Source: an uncultured Rivularia sp.
Lineage (GTDB): Bacteria; Cyanobacteriota; Cyanobacteriia; Cyanobacteriales; Nostocaceae
Assembly: GCA_963665115.1 (NCBI GenBank)
Contig: OY762007.1
Span: forward strand, 7,072,001 to 7,136,000
Length of the DNA stretch: 64,000 bases
Direction: 5' to 3'
Positions 23,506 to 34,646 of the stretch are shown here, piece by piece. Made by a program: the position numbers and the translations under genes. Every line of letters starts with the position of its first letter. Positions within the stretch are counted from its first letter, which is position 1. The notes below the pieces were generated by a model. The model was not told the DNA's origin and did not search any database. It saw only the letters and a list, made by a program, of their open reading frames with translations.

Positions 23506-24081
23506 TTAAAATCGTGTCCCTGGTTGTTTCAAAAATTCCTTTTCTTCAGGATTTGAAGGTCGTCCTAAAATTATATTGCGATGGGGAAAGCGCCCGAAAC
23601 GTTCGATTACCGATCTATGACGAATTGCGTTTTCAATAGCGCTTGCACTTTCTCTATCTCCGCTCAGTTTCTGATACAGCTTCACCGCTTGACGCTGATG
23701 TTCGATATTTTCGCTGTGTACAAAAGGTAAATACACGAACCAACGCTGTACATTTAATAATTGTCGATCGAAGCCTTGAGCTATTGCTTGATGGGCTGTT
23801 GAGAGTGCTTCCCAATCGGTAGCGAAAGCTTGAGGATCTTCGCGAAAAATATTTCGAGGGAATTGATCTAGTAGCAAAATTAAAGCCAAGCAAGTATCGG
23901 GCGAATGCTTCCATTCGTCCAACTTTCCTCCTGCTGCTTTTTCGTAATCTGTAAGAAAACGCCCTCGTATTTCTTCATCAAACTCTGGTTCTTTTGCAAA
24001 CCAAGCTTTCTTGGGCTTACCGTAATCCGGTTCATCCCGGCTACCAAACCAAAAGTCAAGAATTTCATTTGCCTGTGACAT
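23506..24081 (-). CDS. DUF924 family protein
   Basis: ILDFWF, LLDQFPRNIFR, YLPFVHSE and FGRFPHRN. Confidence 0.9.
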   Translation of the reverse strand: MSQANEILDFWFGSRDEPDYGKPKKAWFAKEPEFDEEIRGRFLTDYEKAAGGKLDEWKHSPDTCLALILLLDQFPRNIFREDPQAFATDWEALSTAHQAIAQGFDRQLLNVQRWFVYLPFVHSENIEHQRQAVKLYQKLSGDRESASAIENAIRHRSVIERFGRFPHRNIILGRPSNPEEKEFLKQPGTRF

Positions 24082-24086
24082 CGCTT

Positions 24087-24644
24087 TTACATTCCCTTAC
24101 AAAGGACTTGTCGCATTTTACGCATATTTGCGGGCAATTCAAAATTCATTGCTTGTTGAATAAACATTGAGGGAATGGGAATTATGGGAGTAGCCTGTAC
24201 TGAATAAGTTAACAAAGTACCGCTACCGTAGTCTTGTAAATCTATATCCGCACTGAAATCATGGAAGGTGCCCTTCTCCAACTTAAATTGAACTTTGTGT
24301 CCAAAATCTTCTACTACATTTAGATAAATATCTACTTGCGCTGTAAAAAACATAAAAGCTTTTTGTGCTGCCTGATACAGACGTTTTACTTCACCTTTGT
24401 GTATAATCTCACTCTTAGTTATATCGGGAAAGTACTGCACCCAGCGCGGATAATCTGTTATTTGTTGCCAGACTTGCGATCGCACTAATGGTAAATACAT
24501 TTTTGCACTAACACACCCACCCCAAGCATTGTGGGAGCGTGTTTCTACGAAAATTTCACCTTTTAAAAACGCCGCTTGCTTGTCCTGACTCCAAGCCATA
24601 TCCGAACCTGTATTGATTAAGTCTGAGAAGATAGACGCAGACAT
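24087..24644 (-). CDS. SRPBCC/START (polyketide cyclase-like) protein
   Basis: VWQQITDYPRWVQYFP motif and beta-rich core. Confidence 0.8.
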   Translation of the reverse strand: MSASIFSDLINTGSDMAWSQDKQAAFLKGEIFVETRSHNAWGGCVSAKMYLPLVRSQVWQQITDYPRWVQYFPDITKSEIIHKGEVKRLYQAAQKAFMFFTAQVDIYLNVVEDFGHKVQFKLEKGTFHDFSADIDLQDYGSGTLLTYSVQATPIIPIPSMFIQQAMNFELPANMRKMRQVLCKGM

Positions 24645-24964
24645 AATGTTTCGCTCGCTCCTGAATTTTCCACACTACACTTTAAAAACCGTCGCAGAAT
24701 TTATAATTCCGCTTAAGTCCTATTTAATAATTCTAATTCCGCTCAAATACAAAAGCATTCCGGAACTAGTTGTGACTTTAATCTATTATTCCCAAAATTT
24801 ACCCAAAAATATGTCACTATTATCACTAATATTTTGAATCATTAATGTTACAGCACAATGGAGAGGAGTTAGGAGTTGAAAATAATTTGACCTTTAACAT
24901 GCAGACCTTTGACTTTCAAACCGTTAGAATGTCACAAATACTATTGATTTAAGAGGGATACGAA

Positions 24965-25162
24965 GTGAGTCAATCTTCTAAGCTGAATCAAAGATTAACC
25001 CAGGGCTTTGGGATGTTTCTCGGTATTGCTATAGCTGTATGGGTTCTCAGAGGATTGGGTATTCTTACTTTTGTTCCTGGAGGTGTTATTTTAATCTTAT
25101 TTTTAGCCGCTATAGCTTTTGGAATTCTTAGCTATGTTCAAAAAACTTGGTTGCGTTTTTAG
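24965..25162 (+). CDS. Small two-TM membrane protein
   Basis: GAGGG RBS, GTG start, two hydrophobic helices. Confidence 0.7.
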   Translation: MSQSSKLNQRLTQGFGMFLGIAIAVWVLRGLGILTFVPGGVILILFLAAIAFGILSYVQKTWLRF

Positions 25163-25509
25163 ATGAATGTTTTAAATACGCCTCTATTGAAGATGTAAGC
25201 CTATAGCCGAGGAGTTTAAAGGTTAAAGGTCTTTAATTTACTGGCAAAAAATGGAACTGATAAGTTTTAATCAAATCCTCAAATATTTGTCAGGTAAGGG
25301 TTTTATAATGTGTTAGCTAGAAGGTTTTCTTTGCTATAGGAAACAGGGAACGGGCTACAGCGAATAGAAAAAAGTGGGGAAAATCGATATATTTAAGATG
25401 ATTGCCATACCACAATCAGTTTGATTTTCGTTGGGGTAGTGTAATCTGGTAAGATGGGATGCTTTCAAATCGTTCTATACAAGAAGTCTATCAATAACTA
25501 GTTCGGAAT

Positions 25510-26776
25510 TTGCAACCATTAAGAATTGTAATTGTTGGCGGTGGGGCTGCGGGTTTCTTCGCTGCTTGCTCGGCTGCTAAAACTAACCAGAATGCCTCTG
25601 TTATCTTACTTGAAGCGAGCCGTCAGCTACTGGCAAAAGTTCGTATTTCTGGTGGGGGACGCTGTAATGTCACTCATGCACTTTTTGACACAAAGAGTTT
25701 TATCCAAAATTATCCCAGGGGTTCAAAAGCTTTACTGGGTGCTTTTTCTCGTTTTCAAGCTCAAGATACTGTCAAATGGTTTGCTCACGCTGGAGTACAG
25801 CTAAAAACTGAAGCTGATGGGCGGATGTTTCCCGTTACAGATAATTCGGAAACTATTGTGGATTGTTTGATCAAAACCGCTTTAGCTTACAACGTAGAAA
25901 TTCGCACGGGTTCACCTGTAGTTTCTGTGAATTATCGAGAATTAGAAGAGAATTCACAAGACGAAGAAGATAAATCTAGATTCGAGATTTTACTTAAATC
26001 CGGGGAAATGTTGCGATGCGATAAACTATTGCTGACAACTGGTAGCAACCCCGTAGGTTATAGAATCGCCAAAAAATTCGGTCATCAAATTGAACCAACC
26101 GTTCCTTCTTTATTTACCTTCAATATTTTAGATAAGGAATTGCGGGAATTAGCTGGTGTAAGCGTTAACCCCGTACAAATACGTTTATCAGTACCGGGAA
26201 AACCCCAGTTAGAACAAACTGGGCCGTTACTAATTACTCATTGGGGTTTAAGTGGCCCCTGCCGTACTAAAACTTTCGGCTTGGGGTGCGAGAACATTTC
26301 ACGAATCCCGCTACAAAGGAACCGTTACTATTAATTGGCTGCCAGATTCCAACCAAGATCAACTGCGAAAAGAATTAATTGTGGTGAGACAGGAGTTTGG
26401 GAAAAGAGCGATCGCACTACATCGAGGCATAAAATTACCACATCGGTTGTGGCAATATCTGATATCCCGCGCTGGTATTGATAAAGATACTCGCTGGGCA
26501 GAATTAACCAAACAAGCTTTTAATAAATTAGTTCAAGAACTAAATCAAGGACAATACAGTATTAGCGGCAAAGGAGTTTTCAAAGACGAATTTGTCACCT
26601 GCGGCGGAATAAAGCTCAAAGAAGTTAATTTCAAAACAATGGAAAGCCGTTTAGTAAAAGGGCTGTATTTTGCTGGAGAAATTCTCGATATCGACGGAGT
26701 TACCGGCGGCTTTAATTTCCAAAGTGCCTGGACAACCGCTTATTTGGCAGGTTTGGCAATGGGTGGGGAGGAGTGA
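25510..26776 (+). CDS. HI0933/BaiN-family flavoprotein (split by a +1 frameshift at 26256-26259)
   Basis: GGGAAG, ISGGGRCNVT, THWGLSGP|AVLKLS and GEILDIDGVTGGFNFQ. Confidence 0.9.
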
Positions 26777-26935
26777 GAGAAGGGAGAGGGGGTAGAGGGG
26801 GTAGAAAATTCCGAACTTTTAATCCAAACTCAAAACTCCAAACTCCGAATTCCTCACTCTTAACTCCTCACTCCTAACAGACGTAGCACTGCTACGTCTC
26901 TACACTACTAACTCCTAACTCCTAACTCCTAACTC

Positions 26936-27817
26936 TTAATAGGGTGGATATCCAAAATCATCTTCGTCTGGATAAACGTAAGAATTAGAGACTCCGGCTA
27001 CTGCCATTGGGCGCGGCGTTTCTGTTTTGACTGGTTCCTTGGCAAAGTCTTTGTATTCTTCAAAAGTCTTGGAAATCAATCCAGATTCCTTTGAGTCCGA
27101 AGCAATCAAGTAGTTAGTTAATGTGGAAACTGTAGGGTGTTTATAGTCTACGGTTGCAGCAATTAAAACGGTATTTGTGGCAATTCCTCTTTCTTCGCAT
27201 TCAATTATCGGCGAGAAAACGCCGTGAGCGTGAAATAAAGGTCCTTTTGGAGTTGCGGCTTGTCTGCGATACCCTGCATATGCTCTTTCCAATTCGGCAA
27301 CAAATCCCCCAGCTGCCCTTCCTTGCTGATATTCGCAGTAAGATTTACTAAAACTTGCTCCAGCCGCACCATTTAAAGTTAGTTGTAATGGTAATTCATG
27401 TAAAAAATTCTTATCTTCCCCTGCTAAAAATATTAGATAGCGAGTAAAAGTTTTAAATTTAAGTTTGTCTGCTAAAAAAGCATCATAATTCTCTTTGAGA
27501 GTTCCCAACTTTGCACCTGTTTCTCGGTCTTTTACCGACAAAGGACCGCGACGTACTATAACTATATTTGGGGTTGTGCTGATAAAAACCGTTTCAACTC
27601 CCGAACTGAATTGATGTTCTACCTGCTGCCAATTTTCATCGGGTACAAAGCCAACAGCACGGGCATTTTCTAGCTTAATAGCTAAACCGTATGAGCTTAT
27701 CCCTTCACCGTCATTAATGTTATATCTCGGATTGATCATTTGACACCAAGGGACAACAAGAGAAGGTGGTGCATTGAACTTCTCGTCCTCAAAGTCGAAT
27801 TTTGCAGATGCTTTCAT
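26936..27817 (-). CDS. DUF5895 domain protein
   Basis: FDFEDEKFNAPP...PWCQMINP and PLQLTLNGAAGASF; acidic/aromatic C-tail DEDDFGYPPY. Confidence 0.7.
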   Translation of the reverse strand: MKASAKFDFEDEKFNAPPSLVVPWCQMINPRYNINDGEGISSYGLAIKLENARAVGFVPDENWQQVEHQFSSGVETVFISTTPNIVIVRRGPLSVKDRETGAKLGTLKENYDAFLADKLKFKTFTRYLIFLAGEDKNFLHELPLQLTLNGAAGASFSKSYCEYQQGRAAGGFVAELERAYAGYRRQAATPKGPLFHAHGVFSPIIECEERGIATNTVLIAATVDYKHPTVSTLTNYLIASDSKESGLISKTFEEYKDFAKEPVKTETPRPMAVAGVSNSYVYPDEDDFGYPPY

Positions 27818-28506
27818 CAGTATATGCGCGGTTGTCGATTGGTACTTTTAAACTTGACTCGGTTGGGTCTAAATTGAGTGCGAGGAGTGGAGTTAAATTT
27901 TAGGCAAAAGAGAGGTAAACTAATGTCGCTATTCACCGCAACCGAGAATCAATTAAATTGATTTAATAAAGTCAATGATTATTTATTTATCACTTTGATG
28001 GGGCATTACGCATCTACCTGAAGCAGTTTTTAACAAGAACTTCATGTTCAGTGTAGTCTTTGTATCACATTTTAATGCTTCATAATTTTGGATTAACTAT
28101 CTATTGAAGTATAATCAATACTAAGTAATAAGTTTACTTCTTGACTGCGTTCATCTCAGGCTGGGAATTAAATCCCTAGTATCAAAGCATAAATCCATTG
28201 AAATGGATTAGGAATTAATTGTTTGTATAGCGTAATATTATTAACCATTTATTCTTGAGGCTACGTATTTATATGCAATATGTTGCTTTAGTGAAATTTA
28301 AGCTAAAACATATAAACCTTCTTCAGCGTCAGAATCTGGTAACAAATCGTAAACTATCTAATCCCGCGCTCAAGTTTGCTCAAAGTATATAAACATTGAA
28401 CTACAGCTACTTGACGATTTATTCATGTTTACTTACAAAAAAATCCAGCGCATACCAAATACAGTGGAAATTTTAGAAAAAAATAAGCTAGTAGTATTTA
28501 CTCTGC

Positions 28507-28620
28507 TCAATCCTCAGTTTGATTACTTTGTAATTGCTGTACTTCTTCAACTGTGAAACCAGTGGTTTTTGCAATTAATTCAATTGAAAGTCCTTCTTTA
28601 AGAAGATTAATAGCAATTAA
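28507..28620 (-). pseudogene. C-terminal remnant of an Rpn (PD-(D/E)XK recombination-promoting nuclease) family gene
   Basis: IAINLLKEGLSIELIAKTTGFTVEEVQQL is the typical Rpn C-terminal helix-turn-helix-like tail. No nuclease domain lies upstream. Confidence 0.6.
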
Positions 28621-29357
28621 TTTGAAAAATAAGCAATACGAAGACTCTGTATTAAAAGAAAAAGTGATGCAACTGTTATCAAAATTCCCCAAAACCAATG
28701 CGGTAAAATTAAAATTTTAGCAATTTGAGCAGTATCAGAATTACCACCGCAATAACGAAAAACATAATTAAAATCGCGGAAAGTACTTATACAAGCCTGC
28801 ACCCCAAGAAACTGAATTATAAAAACTTGTACTTGTGAAGATGCTTCTAATCCAATTCCCAAAATGATTAAACCAAGTAGAGAAATTACTAAAATTCCAA
28901 TTCCAGTTCGCACCCAAATTAGAACTGAAACTAACATAAAACTGCCCAAAATTATTAAAATTTGCTGGGATATTTGTACATTGAGGGAAGCCAAAATAAA
29001 ACCAGCACCAACAATAGGAGGTCCCATCGGACCAGCAGCAGAAACAAGTACCTTACCAATTGGTCCTAAAAATAATGAGCCGCGATATTCATACCTCGCT
29101 AATCCACTACCATTAGCAAAAATCTCTAATTTCTTGAAATTTCCTCCTAAAACAACAGCCATTAAACCATGTGCCATCTCGTGGTACCAGGTTGACAGTA
29201 AAGTTAAGGGATAGAGAATTATTTTTCCTCCTGGAATTTGCCATAGTATTCCAGTTCCAAAAGCAATTATGATTAAAAATATTAACCCCGTGTGGTCATT
29301 TGATATTAAATTTTCGCTTTGATTGGAGTTCGTAAAAATATTCCACAATTGATTCAT
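28617..29357 (-). CDS. M50B family intramembrane metallopeptidase
   Basis: HEMAH zinc motif, AAGP motif, SD third-ligand region and multiple TM helices. Confidence 0.85.
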   Translation of the reverse strand: MNQLWNIFTNSNQSENLISNDHTGLIFLIIIAFGTGILWQIPGGKIILYPLTLLSTWYHEMAHGLMAVVLGGNFKKLEIFANGSGLARYEYRGSLFLGPIGKVLVSAAGPMGPPIVGAGFILASLNVQISQQILIILGSFMLVSVLIWVRTGIGILVISLLGLIILGIGLEASSQVQVFIIQFLGVQACISTFRDFNYVFRYCGGNSDTAQIAKILILPHWFWGILITVASLFLLIQSLRIAYFSN

Positions 29358-29518
29358 AAGTAACTTTTTAAATTGAATGATACAACTAACTTACGTATTT
29401 TTCTTTATTAATTTATAATATTGCTTGGTTAAAATTTGAAGTTAGGAGCATTACATTGTATTAAGAAAACAATGTGTTGGGTATGTAAGTACAATTTTCA
29501 ATGATTTTTTCTCTCCAT

Positions 29519-30103
29519 ATGAATTATCTAGCTCATTTATTCTTATCAGATGGTACACCAGAATCTTTGATAGGAAGTCTTTTAGGAGATTTTGTCAAAG
29601 GTTCTATAGAAAATATTTATTCAAAGCAAATAATCAAAGGAATTTATTTACATCGAAAAATAGATTGTTTTACCGATTCTCATTCAATCTTCCGGTCGAG
29701 TAAAAGGCTGATTAGTCTTAATAGACGTAGATTTTCCGGAATTATGATTGATGTATTTTACGACCATTTTTTAGCTAAGAATTGGTCAGAATATTCAAAT
29801 ATTGGATTAAACGATTTTACAAATCGCGTTTATCAAGTATTGCAGGAAAATAAAAATATACTTCCAGAAAGATTAAAAAGCATTCTTCCAGATATGATTG
29901 CTTCTGATTGGCTGGCATCATATAGAGAAATATCTACAATTAATAGAGCTATAAATGGACTTTCTCGCAGAATCAAAAGAAAAAATAATTTGTTTGGTGG
30001 AGTGGAAGAATTATTTTTAAATTATCAGCAACTTCAAATTGATTTTTCTGCATTTTTCCCAGAATTAATTGATTACACGTTGACAGTTAACAGTGAGCAG
30101 TGA
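29519..30103 (+). CDS. acpH: ACP phosphodiesterase (AcpH/DUF479)
   Basis: MNYLAHLFLS, LGDFVKG, LHRKIDCFTDSH and DVFYDHFLA. Confidence 0.88.
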   Translation: MNYLAHLFLSDGTPESLIGSLLGDFVKGSIENIYSKQIIKGIYLHRKIDCFTDSHSIFRSSKRLISLNRRRFSGIMIDVFYDHFLAKNWSEYSNIGLNDFTNRVYQVLQENKNILPERLKSILPDMIASDWLASYREISTINRAINGLSRRIKRKNNLFGGVEELFLNYQQLQIDFSAFFPELIDYTLTVNSEQ

Positions 30104-30233
30104 GCAGTTAAACAATATTAAATGGTGTTGGGAAAAACCGGGTTTCTTAATTCTAAGTACGGGATTTAAGCTTACTGTAGACTTTAAATTCCACTGTCAT
30201 AATAAAGTAAACTATTATCGGCTCAAATCAATC

Positions 30234-30872
30234 ATGAGTATACAAACAAAAATACCGACTGACACTTGGTTAGCAGTGCCTTGGGATGAATATATCCAAA
30301 TAATCGAAAACCCAGCTTATGAAAAAGCTAAGGGTTACTACTACAACGGTAGAATGAGGATTGAAATGTCGGCATTAGGAAATGACCATTCATTAGATCA
30401 TGCGCTAGTTATCTTAGCTGCTAGCAACTACGCAGCTATCAAAGGTATTCCGATGAATGGAAGAGATAACTGTACCTATCGTAAAACTGGCTGTAAAGAT
30501 TCGCAACCCGATGTTTCTTATTATATTGGTGATAATGCTGATGCAATTCCCTATGGAACTTCTGTAATCAATCTTGACGACTTTCCAGCACCGAATTTAG
30601 TCATTGAGGTTGCGAATACTTCTCTTGCTGATGATAAAGGTGAAAAACGTTTACTTTATGAAGAGTTAGGAGTTAATGAATACTGGATTGTAGATGTCAA
30701 AAACGTTCAAATTCTAGCTTTTTTAATAGAAAATCAAGGTAGTAGAAGAATCACTCAATCTCAAGTATTGGCAGGTTTAAATATTTCAATTATTGAAGAG
30801 GCTTTTCGTCGCTCTCGTCAAATGAATCATAGTCAAGTGATTTCTTGGTTATTCTCAGAATTTCAGGAATAA
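30234..30872 (+). CDS. Uma2 (DUF820) family putative endonuclease
   Basis: QPDVSYY, PNLVIEVA and YEELGVNEYWIVD. Likely start is ATG 30234. Confidence 0.9.
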   Translation: MSIQTKIPTDTWLAVPWDEYIQIIENPAYEKAKGYYYNGRMRIEMSALGNDHSLDHALVILAASNYAAIKGIPMNGRDNCTYRKTGCKDSQPDVSYYIGDNADAIPYGTSVINLDDFPAPNLVIEVANTSLADDKGEKRLLYEELGVNEYWIVDVKNVQILAFLIENQGSRRITQSQVLAGLNISIIEEAFRRSRQMNHSQVISWLFSEFQE

Positions 30873-30957
30873 TATTATTTTATTTAGATAGTTGATAGTT
30901 GATAGTTGGCAATTCTAACTACTAACAACCAACTACTAACTACGAACTACTAACTAT

Positions 30958-31645
30958 TTACAATCGCTGAAGTAAGCTTAAACCGTGGGTATCCGTACCG
31001 CAAGTACTTAATAGTCCGTATTGCTTTGCTAATTGTTGGATTTGTTGCGATCGCGTTGGACTTGGTTTCCAGGGTTTGGGATTATTGTAAGCGTAGAAGC
31101 TTTCCACGCCATCGATTCCTAATTCAGCAGCAGCAGGAATTAAGTCAAAATGACTTTTTCTATAACGTGCTGGATGAGCAAGAACTGCAAATCCTCCAGC
31201 TTCTTGAATCGCAGCAATTACGTTTACAGCTTCATACTCGGAAACCTGTAACTGGTTTCCCCTGGATATAGGGTTGTATACTCGGATGTTTTAAGTCAAA
31301 AGCATAACCTAAGATGTGAACTTCTATGTTCAAAAGATTGGCATTGATTTCAACACCACTCCATAAATAAGGCACATCAGCATCGGGATTACTGCATTTC
31401 CACTCTTCCAACCATTTTTTAGCAGCTTGATAGCCACCTGTATTATGATGGTCGGTAATTGCAAGTCCTTTTAAACCATTGTCAATTGCTTGCTCTATCA
31501 ATTCTGAAGGCTGCATTTTGCCATCAGAATATACAGTATGCATATGGAAATTATAATTATTCGGGCAACTTCGCGCGTCTAAGTTTTGGAATACTTCTTT
31601 TAAAAGCGTCTTAGAGGCACAAGCAAGGGTAAAATTTACAACCAT
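30958..31645 (-). CDS. PHP domain metal-dependent phosphoesterase (split by a +1 frameshift at 31242-31244)
   Basis: HMHTVYSDG, AITDHH, GVEI and HILGY. After the shift it continues VLAHPARY...DGVE...CGTDTHG to TAA at 30958. Confidence 0.88.
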
Positions 31646-31992
31646 AACCTTTTCTTGTGTAAAATTATTTATTCTTAACACTCCACGAAGCAATACCCGT
31701 AGTCCGGATAACATTAATGCTTCGGTTTTGTTTTGACATTAACTTTGTGCGTGTCTTTAGCAAACTTTTTCAATATGTTAAGACTAACTTAGCAAATTTT
31801 AACGTTTATGGTCATGAGTATTTTCTATACATTCTCAGTAGAAAAACAATAAATAACTCATAACAATAGGTAATTGTCACCTACAGTATTTATTATGCAA
31901 TAAGTCAAAATACAGTTCATAAAAGCGATAAAGAGTTTTTTATATTACAATCAACTGAAAGCACATAATCGGGAAGGTATAATTTGTTATAT

Positions 31993-33033
31993 CTAATTCG
32001 GTAGATTAATCAATTCTCCATTGCCAGAAATTACTTCACCAATGTTATAAGCTGCAATATCGTGGGATTCAAAAAATCTAATTGTTTGTTGTGCTTGATT
32101 CGCTGGAACTATAAGAACGAAACCAATTCCCATATTGAAGGTATTGTACATAGCTTGAGAATTAACAGAACCCACTTGGGCTAACCACTCGAACACGGGT
32201 GGAATCGTCCAGCTATCAGCTTCAACTTTGAAAGATTGTCCTTCTCCCAAACATCTGGGCAGGTTTTCTGGCAATCCACCACCTGTAATATGTGCCATTG
32301 CGTGGATTTCTAAACCGTCTTTTTGCGCTGCTAATACTGGTTTAACGTAGATTTGTGTAGGCTGTAAAAAAGTTTCACCCAAGGATTTACCGTTAAATAA
32401 ACTTGGGGTATCGTTCCAATTAAATCCTTTATCGCTAATAATTTTTCTTACTAAACTAAAGCCATTGCTGTGTACTCCAGAGCTAGCTAAACCAATTGCA
32501 ACATCTGCTACTTTTACCTTAGTTCCATCAAGCATCTGACTTTTCTCGACAATCCCTACACAAAAGCCAGCTAAGTCATACTCCCCCACTTGATAAAAAC
32601 CAGGCATTTCGGCGGTTTCTCCTCCCAACAAAGCGCAACCTGCTTGTTTGCAGCCAGAAGCGACACCCGCAACAACTTGGGTTAATTGCTCTTGGTTAAG
32701 TTTACCTGTTGCTAAATAATCTAAAAAAAACAAAGGTTCTGCACCGGATGTCAGCACATCGTTAACGCACATAGCCACCAAATCGATACCAATAGTGTCA
32801 TGACGGTTAACAATACTGGCAATTTTCAACTTTGTTCCAACACCATCGGTACCCGAAATGAGAACTGGTTGCTTGTAACCACTCGGTAACTCAAAGCAAC
32901 CTCCAAAGCCACCCAATCCCCCAATTACTTCCTTTCTAAAAGTGCTGTGAACTAAATCGCGAATTTGACCAACAAAATCGCGTCCAGCTTCAACATCAAC
33001 CCCTGCATCCCGATAATCCATTTCAATTATCAA
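31993..33033 (-). CDS. purM: Phosphoribosylformylglycinamidine cyclo-ligase
   Basis: [36 protein letters not shown] and FNMGIG. Confidence 0.97.
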   Translation of the reverse strand: MIIEMDYRDAGVDVEAGRDFVGQIRDLVHSTFRKEVIGGLGGFGGCFELPSGYKQPVLISGTDGVGTKLKIASIVNRHDTIGIDLVAMCVNDVLTSGAEPLFFLDYLATGKLNQEQLTQVVAGVASGCKQAGCALLGGETAEMPGFYQVGEYDLAGFCVGIVEKSQMLDGTKVKVADVAIGLASSGVHSNGFSLVRKIISDKGFNWNDTPSLFNGKSLGETFLQPTQIYVKPVLAAQKDGLEIHAMAHITGGGLPENLPRCLGEGQSFKVEADSWTIPPVFEWLAQVGSVNSQAMYNTFNMGIGFVLIVPANQAQQTIRFFESHDIAAYNIGEVISGNGELINLPN

Positions 33034-33080
33034 TTACCAATTATCAATTATCGTTATTGTTCATTGTTTATTGTTTATTG

Positions 33081-33287
33081 TCAAAATACTTTGTCTTCGA
33101 TGCCAACCCACCATTCGCCCAAATTCATTAAATCTTGATGAATATCTTGGAGATTTTCTGCATATTCGTTTTCTGAAATATCGGCTCGCTTTTCTTCCAA
33201 CTTCAAAAGACGTAACTGTATCAGCAGCCAAGGTTTAGAAATACTTTCAGTCGCTTCGATATATTGTCCTAATTCTGTACTATTCAT
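33081..33287 (-). CDS. Conserved small hypothetical protein
   Basis: 68-aa ORF packed between sodX and purM; KPWLLIQLRL...LGEWW helical pattern. Confidence 0.7.
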   Translation of the reverse strand: MNSTELGQYIEATESISKPWLLIQLRLLKLEEKRADISENEYAENLQDIHQDLMNLGEWWVGIEDKVF

Positions 33288-33332
33288 GTATTAAAAAGTA
33301 TTTGTATTTGATCGCTCCTAACTCCTCACTGA

Positions 33333-33692
33333 TTAAGGAAATTTAGTAGTAACTTTACCAAGAATTTTGTTAGGGGGAATAAAACCGAAAGAGCGGCTGT
33401 CGGTGCTTGAAGAGGTGTTGTCTCCTGTAAGAAAACAAGAACCATCTTCAAGTACTACAGCCACTCTTTTAATTATTTGTTTTGGTTGATAGGGATGCCG
33501 TGCAACTACGATATCACCTACTTCTGGTAGCTTTTGCCGATAAGCTTTTGGGTTAAATAATATTTCCTCTCCTGGCTGAAGCTCGGGAAGCATTGAAACA
33601 CCGCTAACGCGCAATCTTTTCCGCATTCCGACGAGCAACTGTAGCAATTTAAAGGCTGTTTGTAATTCCTCATTCATTGCTCTGAGAGCCAA
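33333..33692 (-). CDS. sodX: Nickel SOD maturation protease (S26-like)
   Basis: VSGVSMLP (Ser), IIKRV (Lys) and GDN...STDSRSFG; directly downstream of sodN. Confidence 0.9.
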   Translation of the reverse strand: MALRAMNEELQTAFKLLQLLVGMRKRLRVSGVSMLPELQPGEEILFNPKAYRQKLPEVGDIVVARHPYQPKQIIKRVAVVLEDGSCFLTGDNTSSSTDSRSFGFIPPNKILGKVTTKFP

Positions 33693-33765
33693 TACAGCTT
33701 TATCAACAATTTAAACTAAAAACTGAAACTAACTTTAATTTCATTTAACGACCATTAAATTCAAA

Positions 33766-34239
33766 TTAGCTAGCTTTGTACCAGGAAACATCGCGGTCTT
33801 TGGTTGCCCAGAACATATTATGGATTTTATGTACGGCTTCCATTAATTCATTGGCGTGGTCTAGATTAACTTCTACTTTACAAGCGGAGCAAAGTTTTGC
33901 TGCTTTCCAGAAGGTGTCGTGCAAGTCAGGATACTTTTCGAGGTGTACTGGCTTGAAATAATCTGTCCAAAGAATTAATAAATCTTCTTTGGTTTTTTGA
34001 GCTTGTTCTTCTTTGATAGCAACGAAGCGAGACAAGGTATTGTGATAAGTAATCATTGATGCTTTGTCACCAACTTCTGGATGCTGCAAATCCATAATTT
34101 TCTTGGTCATGGAGACTACTGCTTCTGCGGTAATTCTAGCGGAAGAAGGGTCGTAAACTCCACAAGGTCCGTCGCAGTGAGCCTGTACCTGTGGTGCGGG
34201 GAAATTAGTTTTTAGCTGTTCAGCAATTTTTTTGAACAT
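33766..34239 (-). CDS. sodN: Nickel superoxide dismutase precursor
   Basis: 20-aa leader followed by the Ni-hook HCDGPCGVYDP. Confidence 0.95.
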   Translation of the reverse strand: MFKKIAEQLKTNFPAPQVQAHCDGPCGVYDPSSARITAEAVVSMTKKIMDLQHPEVGDKASMITYHNTLSRFVAIKEEQAQKTKEDLLILWTDYFKPVHLEKYPDLHDTFWKAAKLCSACKVEVNLDHANELMEAVHKIHNMFWATKDRDVSWYKAS

Positions 34240-34646
34240 GATATTTAGAGAAAAGGCTTATCTTCAAATTGGAAGGTAGAAATTGTGGGGAAGCAGTATG
34301 TAGCAAGCGAGTAAATGCGATTTAGTCAAAAACTAAAGTTTTTACTCTACTATCCCCCCCTACCCCATATAGCTTAGTGCTATTGCGTAACCGGGGCAAC
34401 CTATCCAAATGGGTAACTCACCCCATATAAATATATTTTTTCCTTTTCAACTCTATTAAATATCCAAATGATATTCTTCTGTCACCACCAAAAGTGCTAA
34501 CAGAAGATTTTTTGATCTTTAATTGCCATTTGAGAACGGGTACCCCCCAAAAGGATGACAGAGTTTCTTTCTAATGCCAAAATAGAAAGTGGTCGCCCTA
34601 GTTATCCTTTATAGGAAAATAAATGCTAATCGCCCACAGTGGCTAT

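Noticed and set aside
28036..28050. GAAC-N5-GTTC palindrome as a LexA box upstream of DUF5895
   Set aside because: The spacing is one base longer than the cyanobacterial LexA consensus, and it is a single short palindrome.
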